A stretch of DNA of 64,000 nt from Macrostomum lignano. Lineage: Eukaryota. The stretch is from contig NIVC01003266.1 in NCBI GenBank assembly GCA_002269645.1, forward strand, positions 44,170 through 108,169, in the 5' to 3' direction. The position numbers and the translations under genes are program-made. The notes below the pieces were generated by a model that was given only the letters and a program-made list of their open reading frames with translations, was not told the DNA's origin and did not search any database. This document shows, one piece after another, positions 24,960 through 37,170 of the stretch. Each line of letters starts with the position of its first letter. Within the stretch, counting starts at the first letter, position 1.

Positions 24960-25545
24960 CGGGGTGCTGGGAAAGGGTCGCCACGGCTCTCCCTCCAGAC
25001 ACGATGCAGTAGCCGTAACAGAGGCGGAGTTGATTTGGGACCCGTCAGTGAAGCAGTGGACTTCACGGGGTTTCCAGTTGTCCCTTTCTTTGTGACAGGG
25101 TGGAATGCTGGTTTCGAATTTGAGCGGAGGGCAGAGCGTGAACGGGATTCCGTCCGAGAGGATCAGCAGGCCTCCCACTGCTTCCAGGTCTCGCTGCAGG
25201 CTGTCGCCGTGCGGCCGGAGGTTCCGCTTTCTGAAGGCGAACTGCTTCTGGATTTGGACACGTTAAGCAGACGGCGGGTGGTCTTCATTGCCTCCCCTCT
25301 GACAAAGAGGTCAAGGGGGGAATGTCCAGGAGGGAGTTCATGCTAGCAAAGGGTGCAGAGGGAGCCGTGCTCGTGGTAGCTCGACAAGCGCGGCCTTGCA
25401 CCCTGTTAAGAGCAACGAGAGGGTAAGAAGGATTCAAAGGAGGAAAGAAGGTAGCCCTTTCACCTCTAGGGCACTGTTCCAAATGAAGCCGGCAAAAGAG
25501 AAGGCCTCCTGTCTAACAATGGCAGTGTAATCCACCAGAGGCGGC
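24960..25545 (-). mobile_element. Non-LTR retrotransposon fragment (RT thumb plus RNase H; R1/Loa/I-group-like)
   Basis: Frameshifted TAIVR..., LNRVQGRACRATT...APFASMNSLLDIPPLTSL (thumb motif) and VHCFTDGSQIN (RNase H first acidic motif). Confidence 0.7.
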
Positions 25546-25629
25546 GGGCAGCGCGAATGCGCCAAGCAATGAGATGCGGCTCACCCCCTTATATCAAACT
25601 ACTATAATTTTACCAGGTGTCAACTTGAA

Positions 25630-26305
25630 GCTCCTGGCATCCCAGATCCCCACTTTAAGCTTCTGGCTTAATATATATCTATATTAAAGATATCCCCACT
25701 TTAAGCTCATGGCATCCCAGAGATCCCCACTTCAAGCTCCTGTCATCCCAGATCCGCACTTTAAGCTCCTGACATCCCAGATCCGCACTTTAAGCTCCTG
25801 GTATCCCAGATCCCCACTTTTATCTCCTGTCATCCCAGATCCCCACTTTTATCTACTGACATCCCAGATCCCCACTTTAAGCTCCTGGCATCCCAGATCC
25901 CCACTTTTATCTCCTGACATCCCAGATCCGCACTTTAAGCTCCTGACATCCCAGATCCCCACTTTTATCTCCTGACATCCCAGATCCACACTTTAAGCTC
26001 CTGACATCCCAGATCCACACTTTAAGCTCCTGACATCCCAGATCCCCACTTTTATCTCCTGACATCCCAGATCCCCACTCTAAGCTCCTGACATCCCAGA
26101 TCCCCACTCTAAGCTCCTGACATCCCAGATCCCCACTCTAAGCTCCTGACATCCCAGATCCCCACTTTAAGCTCCTGACATCCCAGATCCCCACTTTTAT
26201 CTCCTGACATCCCAGATCCCCACTTTAAGCTCCTGACATCCCAGATCCCCACTTTAAGCTCCTGACATCCCAGATCCGCACTTTAAGCTCCTGACATCCC
26301 AGATG
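25630..26305. repeat. 29-bp minisatellite (aagctcctgacatcccagatccccacttt)
   Basis: About 22 units, inverted relative to the 9340-9607 array. Confidence 0.96.
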
Positions 26306-26707
26306 TCAGGAACTTGCAGCAATGCTAGCGCTCGCATTCAAACTGACAGGCGTTTTTTTACTCAATTTCTAGGAATGAGCAGCTAATCGATATTAAGTAC
26401 TGGTGCTGAGTATGCTGTGGCTTATTTATTTTTCTAATCAGTTTAAGTATGGACAACCAGCTGCCTTAGCGATGTGCAGCAATTATGTGCAGGCAGAAAA
26501 GAAGCAGAAATAACACGACTTTGATTTTTCCTGAGATGTTGCAATCTCTCTGGCATCAACTTTCTTTTATGCCATCACCATGAGAACACACAAATCAAGT
26601 TTAATTTTTCCAATAGATTGACACTTTATTAATTTTCTTACAATAATAATTAATTTTATTTCATACAGTATTATTAATATTAATAATATTAGTCATTAGT
26701 CCTTATA

Positions 26708-29679
26708 CTATTGTATATTATTGTCATTATTAATGGCACTCGTAACAATATTATTGTTATTAGCATTATTAATTTTATCAGTATAAGCTATTTGGGGGTA
26801 ACACTTTTTTATTATTCCATTAAATTCATGATCAATTCCATATCCATCAATATAATTCAGCCTTTTTTGGATTTTTTGAGCTAAGCCAGCAATACTCGTA
26901 TTGTTATTGAATAATCGGTAGCCGTAAAAACAGAGTACATACCGCACGGCCCTCAGCAACCGGCTGCCGTCCTTCTCCTGCCATCGGCTGACGTAGCCGC
27001 TCTGGCTGCTGTAGATCACCGAGCAGTTGAGCCGCAGCTTCAGTGGCAGTGAGGCTCCGTCTCCACCTTCACCGTCTCCATCGTCTCCAGAGTCGAGCGC
27101 TGGGTCCTCTTGCTTCACGAAATGCTCTTTGGTGCCTCGACAAGCATGGTAAAATGTCAGAACCTCGTCTGCTGCCCTTGACAATGGTTCCAACAGCTCC
27201 CTCAATCGGACATGCTCTGTTCCAGTTGAAAATCCATTTCTGTTCCCATGCGATGAAATGAACAGAAATACTCTTGCCACATGTAGCGGACATTTCTCTC
27301 TGATAAACTTGAGCAGTTCTTGCTTCGATCGGTCACCAGGTTTGTACTCCAAGTTGTCAGTACAACCAAGTTTCTCGGCTACTTTTCGGATGTATTCGCG
27401 GTCAGCCTTGTAGCCATGTTCACATTCGGACGTATCGTTTCTGTTGGCATTCTCAATTACGATGGACACCGCAATGCTTGTTTCTGTCGATACTAAATCT
27501 AAAACGCAATTTGAAAAAAGCACGTTTAGCTGCCTGTCATTAAAAATAAAAATGTTTCTGACATCCCAGATGGCCACAGTTGGTTTTCCGAAATCTTGGA
27601 TCCCCGCTCCTCACATCCCAGATACCCGCTCCTCACATCCCAGATCCCCACTCCTCACATCCCAGATCCCCACTCCTTACATCCCAGATCCCCACTCCTT
27701 ACATCCCAGATCCCCACTCCTTACATCCCAGATCCCCGTTCCTCACATCCCAGATCCCGCTCTTCACATTCCAGATCCCGCTCCTCACATCCCAGATCCC
27801 GCTCCTCACATCCCAGATCCCGCTCCTCACATCCCAGATATATCAGCGTTCAAAAAGCTGATATGCTATTACAAACTTATCATAGATATTTAATGTTAGA
27901 CCCACCCATTTGCCTGCACTAAAACAGCCACACAGAACCTGCGTGCCCTCTCTGTGTTAATTCATCTAACTAGCTAACTATGGAAAAAAGCAAATAAGAT
28001 GGGCGGGGCGGAAAAATATCACGCCACCACCTAACACTGCCCCCGAGCACAATGCCGAGCGTTATAAATACTCGTACAATGCAATTGGAAGAGCCGAGAC
28101 TCTCCACTGCCGAGTTTAGTAAAGTTTGAGCTCAAAACTAAGAAAAGGACTTGTCTCAGTTCTTCGAAGCTTCTGTCTGTCGTGGCAGAGGGGTAGCAGG
28201 CGTGTAAGGCTTGAGAGGCCATCAGAGACACCGATAAACGACCTGTTACAAGATACCCGCTCCTCACATCCCATATCCCCACTTTTAGTTTGCGATTGTA
28301 GATCGTATACTGTTCATTGTAAAATTCCTAAGGCATTCATACATTTAAGTGTCACTTACTTTGACCTGCTTCCGGAATATTTAGCGACTGATGATGATCC
28401 TTGACTTGTGATTCTTCTTTGCGCTCTTTGCCAATCAGAAATCCGCTGTAGAATTTAGAGTTCAGATGGGATTCAATCTCTATTTTGCAGACGATTCGCA
28501 GTTTTACAATATCAGAACTACATGTATCAGATTCAAAGCGGGATTCCCAGAAATGTTTTTGCTGCGCCGGAACTGAACGACGCAGGCACACGGCTGGCTG
28601 GCGACTCTTGTTCTTGTTTGAGAAGGTGCGCAACAATAAGTTGGCCTGTGCCTGCGTTGCTTCGCCCAGCGATGCAGAAAAATTGTGAGATTGGATTCCA
28701 CCTATGATAACTATGCTGCAAATTAACTCTGCTGACAGAATTCTCCCAACAAAAAAGTTTTTGCAAAACCTTATCTTAGAGTCAACCTCAAGCTTTAAGT
28801 TGAACATGTATCCCACTTTGCCTGTACGCTTGTCTATGTGGCTAGTGTTTTGCTAGCGGAGATTCTCACTAAGTAACATCCGCTGCCATAGACAATAAAA
28901 TTAACGCTTTGAGCCAGAGTGAGGTTGGTTGAACACTTTCTTCTACCATAGACAAAACGTGTCCCGCAAATACAGGGAGCGGAGAATACTCATAATCTCC
29001 GCGAATCTAGTCAATATTCTCCGCTCCGTGCATTCGTGGAATTAGGATACATTTCAAAAACCAACTAAAACTCTAACAACTGAATCCGAGGATTTGCCTC
29101 GGAGATTCTGCATCGACATTCTCCTCGTTTCAGTAGGTTATTATACATATTCCTACCGCATGAACAATAAGCTTCGTCGCTGGCGTTTGGGGGCATTGGG
29201 CACGAAGGTATGACGAATGCGCTTCCATTTTTAGAACTGACGCTTGCACCCATATGAGACCCACTTTAATTACAAAAAACTTTCTGCATAGTCTTCTCAA
29301 GTTCTCAGTCTCCTCTAACAAACTGCATTCCCTGCTCACAAGGGAACTCTAAAAGTCGCAAACATGAAGTTGAATGGCCCAAAAGATTTTCTAAAAGGTT
29401 TAGACCTCCAAATTTTCCTATTTCAATTGGGCCTTTAAAAATAAAATAAAGTAGACTTTCGAGGGTAGGCTACAAGAAAGTCTCCCCATCAGAAGTAACT
29501 CACGCTACATCCTTTGCCTTCTGTTGCTCATGGTCTTCAATAGCTTCCAGCTCGGCTCGGAGCTCTTCAAGCGATCGAACCACCAATTCCTCGCTGCCGC
29601 CGAAGCGGCCTTTAAAGTTTGAATCGTTATTGAATTTAAGCCTTATAGGAGTTTGTTCGGTTTGCTCAGAGTTACTCAT
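26708..29679 (-). CDS. Caspase-like (peptidase C14) gene, paralog 2, HACRG type, intact, 350 aa, 3 exons
   Basis: Exons 29679-29504, 28445-28360 and 27498-26708 total 1053 nt, open, with GT-AG sites. N-terminal MSNSEQTEQ...RSLEELRAELEAIEDHEQQKAKD; then IAVSIVIEN, FLFISSHG, FYHACRG, PALDSG and GYVSRWQEKDGSRLL. Confidence 0.85.
27598..27838. repeat. 22-bp minisatellite in a caspase-2 intron (same family as 7213-8230)
   Basis: About 11 units at the position equivalent to the longer array in paralog 1. Confidence 0.95.
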
Positions 29680-31496
29680 AAAAAAGGGGTTAAAGTAGAA
29701 TGAACGCCAGTCAGGCCTTTTTATATTGTATGTAGGGTGAGCGCTAAAGCAGTTTCTCTCTGTGCCGTTGTCGTTGTGTTGTTGTGATACCGATGTCGTT
29801 GCCTAACAACGGTACAGAGAAAAACTGTACGCCAGCTTGAGCTGCTTCTACCCAGCTCACTGGAATTGTGCTTACATCGAAGCGAAAAAAGCAACGGCCT
29901 CCTCTCGTCTCGACCGTTGCTATCCAGCCAGTTTTCTTGCTTGACTATAAAATACACTGCCTTGAATAATTTGCGGCACAGAGAGATTTGGAGATGTGAG
30001 CCTCACACTCATAATAGGGCCTTTAGAGGCCGATGTGTTAGAAATTCTTTCTGGCCTGTGGAGCAGATCGAAGGTATCAAGAAAATAAAAACTGTTATAA
30101 TTTTGTCTATGCGTTCTCGTTGACTATAAAATACACTGCCTTGAATATCTTTCAGTACGACGAACTTCGAGATACAGTTTGTGAGCCTCATACTCATAGT
30201 AGGGCCTTTGGCGGCTGGTGTGTCTGAAACTGAAAGTCTACTGTCATTTGTTGAGTCATACAACTTCTAGACTCACTCTGACGTCCTGTGCCCGCGCTTC
30301 CCCGCTCCCCATCAATATACTGAAATATAACAGCGTCCTTTGTCCCCGAATGATATTGATATTATAGAACACCAGATATGGGGATTACGAGCGTAGAAAT
30401 TAACAAAGAATGAGTTGCATAAAAGGTCAAGGTGAAAGAATATTACGCTAGGTGAAAGTTAAAGGCTGAAGCAGAGGCCAAGAAAGGGACAAATTAAAGA
30501 TAACAGCAGAAACATATGTATGGTACTGGTCTGGTGGCCTGACGTGCGAATCGATTGGAAGAAGGAACGTGTCTCAAAAATCTATAAAACAGACACGGGC
30601 CTCGGCCCCCGAAACGGGCGGCACCTTTCGCTTATACTTTGGACTCCATTGTAGTCTACTCAAACCCACGGCTTCCTATTCGTCGTTTGTGCTAAGAGAC
30701 TAATTATAACTAGCAGTGATCTCAATTGTAAGCCTCTGAGGCTCGGCTGCAGAAAGTGAACAACAGAGAGAGCAAAGCAGGAGACCAAGAAGATATGGGT
30801 CTTACACCGGAGGTCGTTGCTTTTTCCGCTCCGATATAATTATAAGCGCTTTTCCAGTTGCTTGTACATAGCGGGCCGAGGCCAGAGCGCTAATAACTGA
30901 AGTGGCTGTCTATCTATGAAGAGGATATACTAAACGCGTGTTAGTATTTAGTTTTTTAACTATACAGTTCATGCAATAATGAGAATTTCATTTCATACTA
31001 CTGATAGTAATCTTTATTTAAGGCAGCCAAGTGGTAAATATAAGAAATTTAAGAAGTAGCCGAAATGAAAATTACATAAAAAAGAATTAGGCAAAGCTTC
31101 ATCAATATGCCAAATTTAGCAACAATGTTTATTTTAGCTCAGACTATCATCAGAGTGCACCGGTTAAAAATAACTCTGACAATGACAAATGTGATACTCG
31201 CAAAAAAAAGAAACAGACTGGTACGGTTTAGCGAGTTGCTATATTTTACCCAAGTATATACACGCAAGAATATTTGACAAACTAAGCATCATATAGACAT
31301 TTATTAAAGTAAATATTACACTTAATAAACAGATTAGATTCGCTGAATAATTCACATGGCGCGTTAAAAAAATTACAAGAGTGCAAACTGAATAAAAACA
31401 TTTTTTTTAAATTGCAATTAAAAAAATGTTAAAAATTTTTATAGAAGAAAAAATTGGCAGTTTTGTTTAAATAAAATGCTCATTAAAGCCGCCCAA

Positions 31497-34035
31497 TCAG
31501 TCCGGTTGACCAGTGCATTCAGGGTTGTTGAGCTCCAGCCGGGCGAGCTTTTCCCTTGCAGCAGTTGTCCCTCTGCCTCCGCCACCCAAGCCAGTCTCGA
31601 TGACGAAGTTCTCAAATCCCTGATTCGCGCTGTACTGCGTCTGCACGTAGGCGGTGTAGGATTTGCCTTTTTGTCGAAGGGGAACGATGCCCAGCTTCAA
31701 GAGTTGATGCAGCTCAGCTTGCAACAAGTCTGCCAGCCTCTTGACAGTGATTCTGCCACGGCGTCTGACAACATTCAGCAGAGCTTGTGGCATCCAGCTG
31801 CCTTCGTCTTCATTCCTGTACGCCTCATAGCCCGCCATGCTGGCGAAGATGGCAGCAGCAGCCTCCATCTCGGGCGGCAGGGTGCAGCCGGCGGCTTTCG
31901 GCGGGCTGACGAATCCCAGGCAGCAAGCAAAGGCCGGTCGGTGATTCTGCCCGGCCTGAGCAGCGTGAAACCGCGGGCCCCGGCACGCCTGATAGAACAG
32001 CAGGACAAAGCCAGCCAGGTTTTCCACTTTCTTCATCAGCTCCTCAACAGAGACAATTTTCCCGTCCGATGTTCGAATCCCAGCCTCGCAGCCGTGAGCA
32101 GAGATGGCGACAAACAGGCAACGAGGCGTGGTCGACTTGTTACGCCATTCCTGAGCGTAATTATCCACAAATTGCAGAGCTTTCTCGGCTGACACGTAGC
32201 CATCGTCAGGGCAGAGAGAGCGCACGTTCTCTGATAAACAGCCGAGCTGCTTCGCAATTTTACGAAAGTTCTTCTTGTCCTTTTCAAAACCAACTCTGTC
32301 TTTTTCTGAGCTGTCTTTTTCGTACTTGCCGATGATAACAGAAACAAAGGCATTCGGCTCCGCCCACTCATAGGAAGGTTTCGAGTTCAGTGCGTCAAGC
32401 TGCTCAAGAGGATTGCCTTGGTCGTCAGACACCGTAGGAATCGGCGGAGCTTCGGCATTCTCGACACTGGCTGCGACCTCAGCTAACTTGCCGCTCGGGA
32501 CGCCTGACATTCGACGTTGGGAACACCTGCAGCAGTTGGCAATCCGGTCAGCCAACCTGTCTGTCGTTACTGACTTGTCCAATGCCTGATGCACATCCTG
32601 CCACTGCCAGTTTGGCTCCCCAAAGTTTGGCTCCCCAAAGTTTGGCTTGAGTAGGTAGTAGATCTCAGCATTGCAGAGCGACGGACATTTCGGAGCTTCA
32701 TCGTCACCGCTACCAGTCTTGCCAACACCCTGTTCGACGCTGTCACTGTCCACTCCGGTGCATTCTGTCGGACAGAGTAAGTAGGTCACTCGAATCTTGA
32801 TAGGTTCCGAGCTCTGTCTCGAATACAGCGGTTTGTTCAGCTCGTCCTCTGTCACAATTTTGCCGCTAAGCATTGGCTGCATGCAGTTGGCAGTGACGTC
32901 AATCTTGTGAACAATTAACGCCTCGCAAGCTTTTTGCGACTTCGCGTCAGACATGAAGTTTTTAACTGTCTGATGGTAGCTCTCCACCGAATCGGCCTTT
33001 TGAGAATCAAATTTAAACCGCCTGTTGCATGATTCTCCGCTTGGAAACTCCACTTGACTACCTGAGTGGTGAGTGTCGAGAAGCAGAACTGGCAGTGTCT
33101 CACGAGTCTCGAATTGCGGCAGCTGCGGACAGCTCTGTTGAATTCTGCTGCATTGATTCTGGTCATTGCCAGACTCTGAAATGAATTGGAAATTATCATA
33201 CAATGGAAGTCTTGCCAATGTTAAAAAATAGAATATCCAGGATGCACTGTAACTTTTTACTTACCTTCAAGTTCGCAGTCTGGCACTGATGGAGGCCCAA
33301 CTGCATCTTCTTTGGATGCAACCGCAGTTGCACTGCTCAGCTTCTCATCTGGCTTCACTCCTGACATTGAATCCTGCAGAGAAGAGAATGACACACTTTC
33401 AGACATTGCTAATCTTGGAATTAACTTAACTTTCTAGGCTTTAGCAGCAGAATTTATACAGTTGTGATCTTGTTTTGCTTTGGTTAGAAAGCTATTTCTA
33501 ATATCGAGCATTTGCTTTATAATTATGTCATTATATAAAACGTACAATGTCTATTTGTATAGCTATATATTTATAGCTATTAGCTATTATTTACAAAGAA
33601 CTAAGTTGTTGTTGCATTATTACCAATGACTCACAACATAATGTGCACATTGATCTATAAATAAGTAATTGTAGTTGCAATGTAATACACTTTTTGGACA
33701 TTGTAGACATAGTTCCTTGTTATATTTATATATTATAATCACCTATCCTCCAGCTCTAGAAATTACTCATGAGCAAAGGTATACAAGGATGTTAATATGT
33801 AGAAGCCAGACTTGATGTATGTATTTTAAGAAAATAATTAGACTACTTAAGAGATGACAATCCACTAAATAATCCCTTTTATCCTTGCATACTTTTATAG
33901 ACAGTATAATAAATCTGGGGTCTAATTTTGGTTAATTTTGTAAACACCTTTTTAAAATGTGTATTTATAACTTACCAATGCTAAATCCGTAGGCAACATC
34001 GGTGCATTCTGGTGATTGTCCTGATTGATACTCAT
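31497..34035 (-). CDS. Caspase-like protein with long N-terminal region, QACRG type, about 615 aa, 3 exons
   Basis: Exons 34035-33976, 33373-33265 and 33175-31497 are phase-compatible. C-terminal domain has AFVSVIIG, DRVGFEKD, LFVAISAHG, LFYQACRG and GYEAYRNEDEGSWMPQAL. The two short upstream exons are inferred from splice signals only. Confidence 0.85.
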
Positions 34036-35112
34036 TGTCGCTGTTAGTGTGATTTTATTTAGAGTCAGAGTTTAATTTCAAACTCGACTTTGTATTTTTG
34101 AACTAAGATGCTGGCATTTAAAACTGTTCTATTTTTTCTGTTTTAGTAACGGCCGTATTAAAACAATTTTTACTCTATTGTATTTTTTATTGGTAGCAGC
34201 AACAATACACAATGCACAAATATTATTTATTTTTAAGCTGTAAGCCTGACTTAAATGTATTTGATTGTCCGAACTTTTTATTACGACAAAATTGCCGAAT
34301 ATTCGTACATACAGAAACGCATGGACTATATCGCATAGATACAACTTTGCCCATCTTTCACGTTCCCCCAAGACGTTTTTACATCTCTGCGTCTTGAGAT
34401 ATAGTCCTGAAGAGTACTGAACATTATACTAAGTATATAATTCGATTCAAGCAGACTAAATGAAACTACTACTCTACTAGGCGACTGATCGAGTGCAGTG
34501 AATAATTTCTGCCCTCCAGATAAAAGGTTTTAGAAAGTCGAGTCCATCATGCATAATGTTTCAAAACAGATATAACTGCTTTACACTCATATCCTTCCAA
34601 GTTTATTATTCAAGAAGCAGGCATATTGCATTGATTTATTGGCATAGAACGGAGATTTGGAGATTTGGCAGATGACAAGATTTTTAATGAAATTCAAACT
34701 CAGCAACATTAATAATACGAGGTCCAACATGCAAATACATACTTATATTACAGTACAAAATTATAGGCTCGGTTGAGTTGCCAAGCTACAGTTGCTAAGG
34801 CAGTTCGTTGGCGATCGTGCTAAGTCTGGCCGATGAGGCTTGGGATGATGACGCGTTGCTATTGGTTACCGGACTGAGGGACTGGAATAGTTGAGTGAGC
34901 GATGACCGTTTTGAGATTGTTGGCTTTCGTAATCCCATCATTTTACCCATCCTCAGAATTCTCCATCTTCAGCTGAAATTTCCCATCCTCAGAATTCCCC
35001 ATACTCAATTCCCCATCCTCAGAATTCCCCATCGCAGAATTCCTCGAAATTCCCCATCCTCAGAATTCCCCATCGCAGAATTCCTCGAAATTCCCCACAT
35101 CTCCAGACTCAC

Positions 35113-35440
35113 GTCAGCACTGGCGCCTCCGAGTTCGGACTCCAGCGACCCTTTGGAGCGCATCCGCTTGTTGGCGAACCACTTCTTCACCTGGGAATAG
35201 GTCAGCCCGGTGGCCAGGGCTAGGGCCTTGGTGTCCTCGGCACCAGGGTAGGGTCGGTCGCGATGCTGGAGGAACCACCGCAGCAGGTGGTCATTCTGAC
35301 TGCTGCTGGAGTTCTGCCTCATCTGCTGCTGTTGCTCCAGCGGCTCCTCGGATAAAATTGGCTTTGGTTGCTGAGGAACAGCGCTTTCTTCTGCCGGCCG
35401 CTTTTTCGTCTTCAAGCTCAGATCCAAGGCTGTTTCCGCC
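35113..35440 (-). CDS. TALE-class homeobox exon; probable further exons at about 36188-35972, 37400-37265 and 39415-39372
   Basis: LLRWFLQHRDRPYPGAEDTKALALATGLTYSQVKKWFANKRMRSK has the PYP three-residue loop and WFxN helix 3; donor gac|gtgagt at about 35113. Other exons are tentative. Confidence 0.85.
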
Positions 35441-35477
35441 TGTTTGGGCGTTGCGAGATCGAATTTTCTAGAGTGCC

Positions 35478-35925
35478 TTTCCCTTAGTGTCACTCCAATG
35501 TCCTGCAGTGTCACTCCAATGTCCTGCAGTGTCACTCCAATGTCCTGCAGTGTCACTCCAATGTCCTGCAGTGTCACTCTCTTCCTCAGTGTCACTCTCT
35601 TCCTAGTGTCACTCTCTTTCTCAGTGTCACTCTCTTTCTCAGTGTCACTCTCTTCCTCAGTGTCACTCTCTTCCTCAGTGTCACTCTCTTCCTCAGTGTC
35701 ACTCTCTTCCTCAGTGTCACTCTCTTCCTCAGTGTCACTCTCTTCCTCAGTGTCACTCTCTTTCTCAGTGTCACTCTCTTCCTCAGTGTCACTCTCTTCC
35801 TCAGTGTCACTTTAATGTCCTGCAGTGTCACTCTCTTCCTAGTGTCACTCTCTTCCTAGTGTCACTCTCTTTCTCAGTGTCACTTTAATGTCCTGCAGTG
35901 TCACTCTACTCTCCCTCAGTGTCAA
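35478..35925. repeat. Compound 21-bp (cagtgtcactccaatgtcctg) and 18-bp (cagtgtcactctcttcct) minisatellite
   Basis: Visible tandem units sharing the cagtgtcact core. Confidence 0.95.
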
Positions 35926-36284
35926 TCTACCCCCCCCCCTGAGTCTCCCAATCTGAATTTCGACTAACCTGGCAACCAAAGTTAAAGTTGTTGCTAATGA
36001 CGCCAAGAACTCCGCACGGGAAGCCGAATGGTAAAAAATATGATTTTGCATCTGCAGTTGGAAGCTGAGTCTGCTCCATCAGATGGGGTCGCTTGCTGGA
36101 GTGCGGAAGCTGCGGCAGTCCTTGGCACTTGAGCACTGACTGGCTGGTGACTTGTTCACCGTTCAGAGCCAGCGGAATTCGCTCCTGCAATGAAATTACA
36201 GCAACAGAGCGGTGATTTTCTGGCTACTAATAGTAATGTAAATCAGTTCATTAGAATGAATGACACGGGTTCAAGAGCGATGGT

Positions 36285-37170
36285 AGCTGTGGGAAGGGGC
36301 TGTGGGATGGTGCTGTGAGGCTGTGGGATGGGCTGTGAGCCTGTGGGATGGTGCTGTGGGATGGGGCTGTGAGGCTGTGGGATGGTAGCTGTGGGATGGG
36401 GCTGTGGGATGGGGCTGTGAGGCTGTGGGATGGTGCTGTGAGGCTGTGGGGTTGGGCTGTGAGGCTGTGGGATGGTGCTGTGAGGCTGTGGGATGGGGCT
36501 GTGAGGCTGTGGGATGGTGCTGTGAGGCTGTGGGATGGTGCTGTGAGGCTGTGGGATGGTGCTGTGAGGCTGTGGGATGGGGCTGTGAGGCTGTGGGATG
36601 GTGCTGTGAGGCTGTGGGATGGGGCTGTGAGGCTGTGGGATGGTGCTGTGAGGCTGTGGGATGGTGCTGTGAGGCTGTGGGATGGTGCTGTGAGGCTGTG
36701 GGATTGGGCTGTGAGGCTGTGGGATGGTGCTGTGAGGCTGTGGGATGGGGCTGTGAGGCTGTGGGATGGTGCTGTGAGGCTGTGGGATGGTGCTGTGAGG
36801 CTGTGGGATGGTGCTGTGAGGCTGTGGGATGGTGCTGTGAGGCTGTGGGATGGTGCTGTGAGGCTGTGGGATGGTGCTGTGAGGCTGTGGGATGGGGCTG
36901 TGAGGCTGTGGGATGGTGCTGTGAGGCTGTGGGATGGGGCTGTGAGGCTGTGGGATGGTGCTGTGAGGCTGTGGGATGGTGCTGTGAGGCTGTGGGATGG
37001 TGCTGTGAGGCTGTGGGATGGTGCTGTGAGGCTGTGGGATGGGGCTGTGAGGCTGTGGGATGGTGCTGTGAGGCTGTGGGATGGGGCTGTGAGGCTGTGG
37101 GATGGTGCTGTGAGGCTGTGGGATGGTGTTGCGAGGCTGTGGGATGGTGCTGTGAGGCTGTGGGATGGGG
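36285..37170. repeat. 21-bp minisatellite (gggatggtgctgtgaggctgt)
   Basis: About 40 units; source of the HPTASQH and WDGAVRL ORFs. Confidence 0.97.

Noticed and set aside
30530-30645. Possible hammerhead ribozyme or Penelope terminal repeat (hairpins cgtgtc/gacacg and gggcc/ggccc before gaaac)
   Set aside because: No CUGANGA core is correctly placed before the GAAA; an Infernal hammerhead search would be needed to revive it.
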